Shown here: in pieces, positions 8,463-14,593 of the stretch
How positions within the stretch are numbered: position 1 is the first letter of the stretch
How the letters are laid out: each line of letters opens with the position of its first letter
From: a virus
Lineage: Duplodnaviria > Caudoviricetes
IMG/VR virus record: IMGVR_UViG_3300046804_003725
Location: 1-25,624 of that record
Length of the DNA stretch: 25,624 nt
Direction: 5' to 3' (one strand)
The notes under the pieces: generated by a model
What the model was told of the DNA's origin: nothing
What the model saw: only the letters and a program-made list of their open reading frames with translations
Database searches by the model: none
Made by a program: the position numbers and the translations under genes

Positions 8463-8613
8463 GTTGAGCTTGCGTCAGCAAGCGATCCACCCATGAATCA
8501 CACGGTTGCATGTACGTCAGTTCAACTGGTTACAGAATCCACCTTCTATCTACATCAACCTACTGTAGCTAAGTTTGTTGTATAGCTAGTTGAGCTTGCG
8601 CCAGCAAGCGATC
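8463..8613. repeat. Two copies of a 25-bp hairpin element (8463-8487, 8589-8613)
   Basis: GTTGAGCTTGCG(T/C)CAGCAAGCGATC, 24/25 identical, with stem GCTTGC/GCAAGC. Confidence 0.85.
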
Positions 8614-9101
8614 TAGCACTCAACAACCCCTTAGCTTCAGTAGGCTTCCTGTAGCTACACTCTGTTCCATTCCTAATTCCCAAGGGCATCACCTGACACA
8701 CACAGATGCGCCTGTCCCCCCTCCGGGGGTCCATGCGCTGCACTATGCAGACTGTTTCCTGCTTGACGGTGCGAAGCACCCTCTCAGGCAGGCACTGCAG
8801 GTCAGCGGATGCACCATCCCAGGGTGGTTGCGCAACCTGATGTGAGAGGGATGATTGGGATAGGGATTGGGGAATGGATTAACAGTTCATCCTCTACATA
8901 CATTCTCACTGCCGACCCATCCCTCAGGAGCAGCTGCGCTGAGGAGGGAGGGTTAAGTCGGGGAGGAGAAGGTGTAGGGGTTGAGATGTAGGGAGATGTG
9001 GTGAGGATGTGTGTGGTTGAGGGGAGAAGAGAAAGGCCACGTTGAGCGTGGGAAGGGATAGTGTTGAGAGGGGGGGATAGGGATAGGGATGGTTGAATGT
9101 T

Positions 9102-9388
9102 GAACCTATGTAGAACCTATGTAGAGCCACATAGAACCTATGTAGAACCTATGTAGAACCTATGTAGAGCCACATAGAACCTATGTAGAACCTATGTAGA
9201 ACCTATGTAGAGCCACATAGAACCTATGTAGAACCTATGTAGAACCTATGTAGAGCCACATAGAACCTATGTAGAGCCACATAGAACCTATGTAGAACCT
9301 ATGTAGAACCTATGTAGAGCCACATAGAACCTATGTAGAACCTATGTAGAACCTATGTAGAACCTATGTAGAACCTATGTAGAACCTA
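9102..9388. repeat. Tandem array of 20 x GAACCTATGTA and 6 x GAGCCACATA
   Basis: Order AA-B-AAA-B-AAA-B-AAA-B-A-B-AAA-B-AAAAA plus a partial unit; all units are perfect copies. Confidence 0.97.
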
Positions 9389-9560
9389 CTTATTCAACGG
9401 TTGAGCCTATGGATGGTTGCAGGGATGCGGGCAGGATTGCCTGTTCATTGCGAAATGCAACCACCATGTTCACTGGCATAGATGGCAGTGGTTGCAATGG
9501 ATCTGCTGGTGCCAGTGCTCGTGGTGCTACAGAAAGGATGACGATGCCAGTGCTTGATGC

Positions 9561-9590
9561 TTGACAGGTTGCAAGCAGTGTGGGCATGAT
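9561..9590 (+). promoter_or_regulatory. Putative sigma70 early promoter
   Basis: TTGACA-18 nt-CATGAT just upstream of the first early gene. Confidence 0.55.
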
Positions 9591-9616
9591 GCGTTTGTTC
9601 AATCAATGAAGCATCA

Positions 9617-9940
9617 ATGATCAATCGTTCATTTCCTGGGATGCCATGGATCATCTCAGAGGGGACTCTCCGCTGCTGTGACTTGGCGGCCGCCTATCTC
9701 TCCGCTTTGGATGCCCTAGGCGCCGGAATGGCCATCGGCGAATGGCACAGGGCAGAACTGGCTCAGCTGGCCAGTCATGCCAGCGATCTCGTCGGACCTG
9801 AAGAGACCACTGACAGCCAATGGTTCGCTTTGGAAGCAGCCGAGGATCTGCTGGGGGAGCTGGCGCCGAAAGGCTTCTATTTCGGTGGTAGCGAAGGGGA
9901 TCCCGCGTGCCTGGGATTCCATCCCATTGATTGGGATTAA
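9617..9940 (+). CDS. Early acidic hypothetical protein
   Basis: EGTLR..DL...Y and LAPKGFYFGGSEGDPACLGF motifs resemble a widespread small phage protein family; start may be 9641. Confidence 0.75.
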   Translation: MINRSFPGMPWIISEGTLRCCDLAAAYLSALDALGAGMAIGEWHRAELAQLASHASDLVGPEETTDSQWFALEAAEDLLGELAPKGFYFGGSEGDPACLGFHPIDWD

Positions 9941-9988
9941 TCCTTGCCACCATTCAACAACCAACCGCAAACCTTGCAATTCTCAACC

Positions 9989-10252
9989 ATGACACTTTCT
10001 CTCTCCCTCTCTCTTGCCGATCAGCTTGCAGGAAGGCCCTACAGTTCCATCGGCGGCTACCCTCTTTACGCTTGCACAACAGACGGTGCGGCACTCTGCG
10101 CTGAATGTTGCAAGACTGAGCGCGAACAGATTGCAACCACAACAGGCAACGATGGGTGGTGCATTGGAGCGGTACAAGTGAACTGGGAGGATCCCGAATT
10201 GTACTGCGATCACTGCAGCAACAGAATCGAGTCCGCCTATGCTGAGGATTGA
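9989..10252 (+). CDS. Early hypothetical protein with two CxxC pairs (probable Zn binding)
   Basis: GGYPLY...LCAEC...NWEDPELYCDHC..RIESAY; ATG follows the shared motif. Confidence 0.8.
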   Translation: MTLSLSLSLADQLAGRPYSSIGGYPLYACTTDGAALCAECCKTEREQIATTTGNDGWCIGAVQVNWEDPELYCDHCSNRIESAYAED

Positions 10253-10293
10253 TTCCCTTTCTGTTCAATTCGTTAAACCTTGTATTCCCTCCA

Positions 10294-10563
10294 ATGAAAT
10301 TCGATTCCGTAGAGTTTACCATTCCTTCCCATTGGCTTCCAGCAATTATCAACGGTGACGAGTCATCGTTTGATTACTATGATGATGAAAGGGATTATCA
10401 AGCCTACTTGGCATTCTGTGAGCATGAGGTAAAGAACGCAACAGTAGAAGTTGTGAGCGAAGAAGGCTATTTTGCTCACTATCATGATGCAAGAAGCTAT
10501 GGCGTCCTACCTTGTGACGTGCACGATTGCATCCTGTACTATCCCGTAGAGTCTGCTGCTTGA
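10294..10563 (+). CDS. Early highly acidic hypothetical protein
   Basis: IPSHWLPAIINGDESS motif; about 18 D/E vs 4 K/R in 89 aa (hand count). Confidence 0.8.
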   Translation: MKFDSVEFTIPSHWLPAIINGDESSFDYYDDERDYQAYLAFCEHEVKNATVEVVSEEGYFAHYHDARSYGVLPCDVHDCILYYPVESAA

Positions 10564-10605
10564 TCGTTGACAGGCTTTAATTGTTAAACCTTGCATTCCT
10601 CAACC

Positions 10606-10986
10606 ATGGCACTCTCTGAGCGCAAACTCAACCTCGCTGTGAACCTTCTCGGCCTGTCTTGTGATGATGTAGGCGCGAAGGAGATCGATGATATTGACAG
10701 TGAAACGCTGGAATCTCTCGCTGACGAATTCTACGAATTCAGCGACAAGGCCGGAGACGTTCTAATCGCCAATGGTTTAGGTGACGAATCCTTGGATGAC
10801 CTTTGGCGCAATGTTGAATTCGTATGGCTGTGCACTCGCATGGGTCACGGTGTCAGTTTCGGGGATGACCCGTGGGCCAATGCTGACCTTGGCAGGATTG
10901 TCAGCACAGCATTAAATGCACTTGCCAGGGATCAGGGAAACGTTGAGACATACGTTGGCGACGATGGGAGGGTCTACATTCTCTGA
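10606..10986 (+). CDS. Early highly acidic hypothetical protein
   Basis: WLCTRMGHGVSF...YVGDDGRVY motifs of a common phage family; about 26 D/E vs 9 K/R in 126 aa (hand count). Confidence 0.8.
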   Translation: MALSERKLNLAVNLLGLSCDDVGAKEIDDIDSETLESLADEFYEFSDKAGDVLIANGLGDESLDDLWRNVEFVWLCTRMGHGVSFGDDPWANADLGRIVSTALNALARDQGNVETYVGDDGRVYIL

Positions 10987-11025
10987 ATAGCTTTAATTCA
11001 ACCGTAAACCTTGCATTTCTCAACC

Positions 11026-11997
11026 ATGGCACAAGCTACAAAGGCCCGGAAGGCGGCCAATTCCAGCCGCAGGGGACAGGCCGATGGCCCATCGCCTGAA
11101 CAGAAAATCGTCGATTCCCTCATTCTTCTAATCGAACAGGGAGTATCTCCCTGGCAGAAACCATGGATAACGGCGAACGCTTGCCATCATCAGAACCTAA
11201 TCACGGGTCATCGCTACAGCGGCAGCAATCCTGCGCTGCTGGAATTTCAAATGGCAGGCAGGCATTCTGATCTACCCCTGTGGGCAGGTTTCGCACAAGC
11301 GAAAGCTAAAGGTTGGAACGTCAAGAAAGGCAGCAAAGGATGCTATGCAATCCGGCCACAACTCAACACGAGAGAGGTTGAGGATGATAATGGCAAGCCT
11401 GTCATTGGTGAAGATGGCAAGCCTCAAGTTACAGCATGGACAAGCTACAAACCGGTCTGTCTCTTTAATGCTGTAGATCTCGAAGGCGAGGGATTAAAGG
11501 AAGCGATTGACTCTATCATTGGTAGCACTGAATCCCGTCCCGATATTGAAAGGATCGCACAGGCTGAACGAGTGTTGAATGGTTGGCATGAGACAACAGA
11601 ATGCAAGCTACAGCATCGTGGCAGCCAGGCTTTCTATGTTCCCGCCAGTGATCTAATTGTGTTGCCAGAGAGGCAGGCATTCCATACAGCGGAGGGATTC
11701 TATTCAACATGGGCGCATGAGATTATCCACAGTACAGGCCATAGTCTCAGGCTGAAACGTGACCTTTCTGGCAGGTTTGGCACTGCCAATTATGCAAGGG
11801 AGGAATTGGTTGCTGAATTGGGATCCTTTCTGCTCACTCGTAGGTTGGAGATTGGCAGTCAGGTTGAGAATCACGCTAGCTATCTGTCACACTGGGCAAG
11901 CATCCTAAAGGAAGGGCCAAGGGTTCTATTCAAGGTGCTTTCAGATGCAACGAAGGCGGCGAACCTTGTGCTACCTGATGCACACTCTGAAGCCTGA
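11026..11997 (+). CDS. ardC: ArdC-like antirestriction/ssDNA-binding protein with C-terminal zincin-like domain
   Basis: PWQKPW, NLITGHRYSGSN, FAQAKAKGWNVKKGSKG (ArdC N-domain); AFYVPASDLIVLP, HEIIHSTGH, YAREELVAELGS (metallopeptidase-like domain). Confidence 0.88.
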   Translation: MAQATKARKAANSSRRGQADGPSPEQKIVDSLILLIEQGVSPWQKPWITANACHHQNLITGHRYSGSNPALLEFQMAGRHSDLPLWAGFAQAKAKGWNVKKGSKGCYAIRPQLNTREVEDDNGKPVIGEDGKPQVTAWTSYKPVCLFNAVDLEGEGLKEAIDSIIGSTESRPDIERIAQAERVLNGWHETTECKLQHRGSQAFYVPASDLIVLPERQAFHTAEGFYSTWAHEIIHSTGHSLRLKRDLSGRFGTANYAREELVAELGSFLLTRRLEIGSQVENHASYLSHWASILKEGPRVLFKVLSDATKAANLVLPDAHSEA

Positions 11998-12076
11998 ATA
12001 GAACCTCCTACTGAGCATCTACGGATGCTCTCTAGGAGGCTCATTCCCTCCTGTTTACCTTGCAATTCCTACTCTC

Positions 12077-12343
12077 ATGGCTTCCTCTACAGCAAAAATC
12101 TCTCTCAACATGACGGCAGACCAGCTGCGCAAAGGGTATCAAGCTCTCAGTGATGTTCCCTCTGAATGTCGCAAGGAAATGTTAGCACTATTCGATGAGC
12201 ACCATGCTGACTGGAAGTATCAGCTGCCGGATGAAGCACGGTTCAGAGTACAGCAGCTTGAGGATCGTGAAACATGGGCGATCGAAACAATGGGAATCTT
12301 CTCTGCTCATTGTGCAATCCTTGGCGTTCCGGTGATGCCCTGA
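12077..12343 (+). CDS. Early hypothetical protein
   Basis: 88-aa ORF preceded by a degenerate copy of the early motif. Confidence 0.7.
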   Translation: MASSTAKISLNMTADQLRKGYQALSDVPSECRKEMLALFDEHHADWKYQLPDEARFRVQQLEDRETWAIETMGIFSAHCAILGVPVMP

Positions 12344-12382
12344 TCTGTCAATTCCTACACTTCCCCATTGCCATTCTCAACC

Positions 12383-12643
12383 ATGAAACTCAACCTTTCC
12401 GCTCTCATTATCGCTGCCATTTCGCTCTCTCCAATGGCAGCACAAGCATCATGTTGGAAGTCTGGCAACCTCTACAGCTGCGGTGACAATCGAGGTGGAT
12501 TGTATCTCTATGATCCCCGATCAGGCTTCATACAGGGGAACACTGGCGACGGTCGCAGCGTGCAGGGATCGCTTGATGGTTCAACCTTTAGGGGCACAGT
12601 GAATGGCCGTTACAGGACATGCAATCGCTGGAGTTGCCACTAA
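12383..12643 (+). CDS. Small secreted/periplasmic protein
   Basis: Signal peptide MKLNLSALIIAAISLSPMAAQA followed by a Gly-rich domain with two Cys pairs. Confidence 0.75.
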   Translation: MKLNLSALIIAAISLSPMAAQASCWKSGNLYSCGDNRGGLYLYDPRSGFIQGNTGDGRSVQGSLDGSTFRGTVNGRYRTCNRWSCH

Positions 12644-12668
12644 TGTTGTATAGTGTCAACACTTGCGA

Positions 12669-12821
12669 ATGACCTTTGATCCGCCCTCCATGAAACCATC
12701 TCACGTCATCGGCTTCACTCTCGGCCTGATGCTCTCGTTCTATTCAGTCTCACTGGGCAATCCTCACTTCTTCACATTCTCCAACCTGCATCGTCTCCAT
12801 GAAAGTCTGGGTTCCCGTTGA
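12669..12821 (+). CDS. Possible small membrane peptide (50 aa, below the ORF track cutoff)
   Basis: MTFDPPSMKPSHVIGFTLGLMLSFYSVSLG...; fills the gap between neighbouring genes. Confidence 0.35.
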   Translation: MTFDPPSMKPSHVIGFTLGLMLSFYSVSLGNPHFFTFSNLHRLHESLGSR

Positions 12822-12996
12822 TGCCTACGTTGGACTGAGCCTGTCCAAGCAAAGGCTTCTCCATGTTCCAACTGTGGTTGGCTTCTATCCCGACTCAGAC
12901 AGGCGGGCATGGCGAATCGAGCTGTGGCTGCTGGTACATGCCACTATCGTGCTTGACGCTAGGCGTGTGTCACTGTTGCTACCGGGCAAGCGTTGA
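12799..12996 (+). CDS. Hypothetical protein upstream of the HTH regulator
   Basis: 65-aa ORF in operon orientation. Confidence 0.5.
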   Translation: MKVWVPVDAYVGLSLSKQRLLHVPTVVGFYPDSDRRAWRIELWLLVHATIVLDARRVSLLLPGKR

Positions 12997-13032
12997 CGTA
13001 TGATGACAAGGCAGTGTTGATCACCTTGTATC

Positions 13033-13377
13033 TTGAATATCGCTAAACTGAGGGATCTGATGCGATTATTCAGATCCCTAAACGCATCCATCAGGGCATC
13101 ACAGATTGAGATTCTTCTTGTTGTTAAGTTAAAGCCAGGGCTGACTCAAACCGAGCTTGCCATTGAAACCAACTTAACACTGGCTGCTATCTCTAGAGCC
13201 ATTGACGTTCTAGGTGGTAGTGGTAGACGCGACGGGTTGTCATCAAGTTACGGCTTGATCGAAACCCGGCGCAATCCATCCGATGACAGAATCCTTCAGG
13301 TGTTTCTTACACCTAAAGGCGAACAGTTTGTATCACTTGCTGAGGCATTGACTAATGGCAGTTCGATTCAGGAATGA
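13033..13377 (+). CDS. MarR-like winged HTH transcription regulator
   Basis: PGLTQTELAIETNLTLAAISRAIDVL helix-turn-helix and wing motif RNPSDDRILQVFLTPKG. Confidence 0.88.
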   Translation: MNIAKLRDLMRLFRSLNASIRASQIEILLVVKLKPGLTQTELAIETNLTLAAISRAIDVLGGSGRRDGLSSSYGLIETRRNPSDDRILQVFLTPKGEQFVSLAEALTNGSSIQE

Positions 13378-14371
13378 TCGCCGTTGCTGGTTTGCCAGTG
13401 TCGGCACTGGCAGGGACCGGGTGAGCCGGTCATTCCAGGCAGAGGAGGAGGCAACGGCCTGGGAGGCGAAGGCCAAGGTCGGCGTGTTCGAGGCACGTCA
13501 ACAGGAAGCCAGGCTCAGGGAGACTCGGCACAGCGGAGACACGCTGGCCGCTGTGCTCACGGCCTGCATGGAGATCGACTGGCAGGGCAAGGATCAGAGT
13601 CAGGCCATGCGTGCGGAGCGCCTTGTGAAGGCCCTAGGCCAGCTCACTAGGCCCGCCAATGTGACAGCCGCAGTGATCGACGACATGCTGCTGCGCTTCC
13701 GATCGGATGGGCTGTGCAATGGCACCATCAATCGCTACCTGAGCGCCCTACGGGTGATGCTGCTGCGCGCTCAACGACTGGGGCTGATCGACGCGATGCC
13801 CCTGTTCCCGGAGGCCCGGCTGCTCAAGGAGGCAGAGCCTCGCAGCCTTGTGCTCCCGGAGGAATGGCTGGCTGAATTGCTGGATGACATGGAACGCAGA
13901 GAACGTCGCCTCTCTATGCAGCTCACGCTATTCCTGTGGCACATGGGATGTCGTGTCAGTGAAGCTCTCAGCCTTTCATGGGATCGGGTTGATCTGCAAC
14001 GCAATCGCATCACCTTTGTCAAGACGAAGGGGAACAAGCCTCGCTCATTGCCGATCCCGGAGCCTGTGAAGGGAATCCTCCGGGCAATGGAAGCACACGG
14101 CGGTTCAACGGTGTTCGGCCTTTCATACAAGGTCTTCCGCTCTCACTATGCAGAGTCAAAGCACGCTGCCTGTGACAAACTGCGCCTGTCGGATGACGTG
14201 CGCCGCGAGTGGGTGGTTCACACGCTGCGCCACACCTGCCTGACTCGGCTGGCTCAGAAGGGGTGGTCTGCCCCTGCGATCTGCCAGTGGGCAGGGCATG
14301 GGTCGCTGAATGTGACGCAGCGCTATGTGCATGGATCTGCTATCAACCTGGAGCAGCTGATGGAATGTTGA
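13355..14371 (+). CDS. int: Tyrosine recombinase / phage integrase
   Basis: Catalytic set GCRVSEAL (R), KTKG (K), HTLRH (HxxR), GH and QRY (Y); N-terminal arm-binding-like segment. Confidence 0.95.
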   Translation: MAVRFRNDRRCWFASVGTGRDRVSRSFQAEEEATAWEAKAKVGVFEARQQEARLRETRHSGDTLAAVLTACMEIDWQGKDQSQAMRAERLVKALGQLTRPANVTAAVIDDMLLRFRSDGLCNGTINRYLSALRVMLLRAQRLGLIDAMPLFPEARLLKEAEPRSLVLPEEWLAELLDDMERRERRLSMQLTLFLWHMGCRVSEALSLSWDRVDLQRNRITFVKTKGNKPRSLPIPEPVKGILRAMEAHGGSTVFGLSYKVFRSHYAESKHAACDKLRLSDDVRREWVVHTLRHTCLTRLAQKGWSAPAICQWAGHGSLNVTQRYVHGSAINLEQLMEC

Positions 14372-14593
14372 ATGCTGTCTAGCGCTTGAGACTGGTTGCA
14401 AGATGGCAAGCAACCAATGCAACCAATGCCTTGAGATCACAGTTGTGGCGGGGCTTCTTAGATTAAGGACTGTCTGAGCAGTCCCCGCCTGGACAGACAG
14501 CTGTCAACAATCGAGTCAGAACCACGATCCTCACTGAGACAACCGAGAACGCCCATGCAATCGTTCAATGAAGTCAAGCAACCAATGCAACCA
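14372..14593. other. Candidate attP region
   Basis: Lies between int and RNAP; flanked by the identical 19-mer CAAGCAACCAATGCAACCA (14407-14425, 14575-14593); central inverted repeats. Confidence 0.55.

Larger units (their letters stand above)
9969..12382 (+). repeat. Dispersed ~20-bp motif directly abutting six early-gene start codons
   Basis: AAACCTTGCA(A/T)T(T/C)CTCAACC-ATG at 9969, 10586 and 11006; degenerate copies at 10275, 12057 and 12368. Confidence 0.85.

Noticed and set aside
9102-9388. CRISPR array
   Set aside because: Units are 10-11 bp and contiguous, with no unique spacers and no cas genes.
8142-9654. ORFs in the hub (8142-8585, 8555-8779, 8809-8991, 8924-9130, 9390-9602, 9445-9654)
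   Set aside because: They cross hairpins or low-complexity tracts, lack motifs and RBS, and conflict in strand; the region looks non-coding.
9969-11025. Early motif as the phage RNAP late promoter
   Set aside because: Seen only upstream of the RNAP gene and abutting ATGs, not before structural genes; kept as a finding with other interpretations.
14372-14554. tRNA or tRNA fragment at attP
   Set aside because: No T-loop GTTCRA, cloverleaf or CCA end recognisable on either strand.
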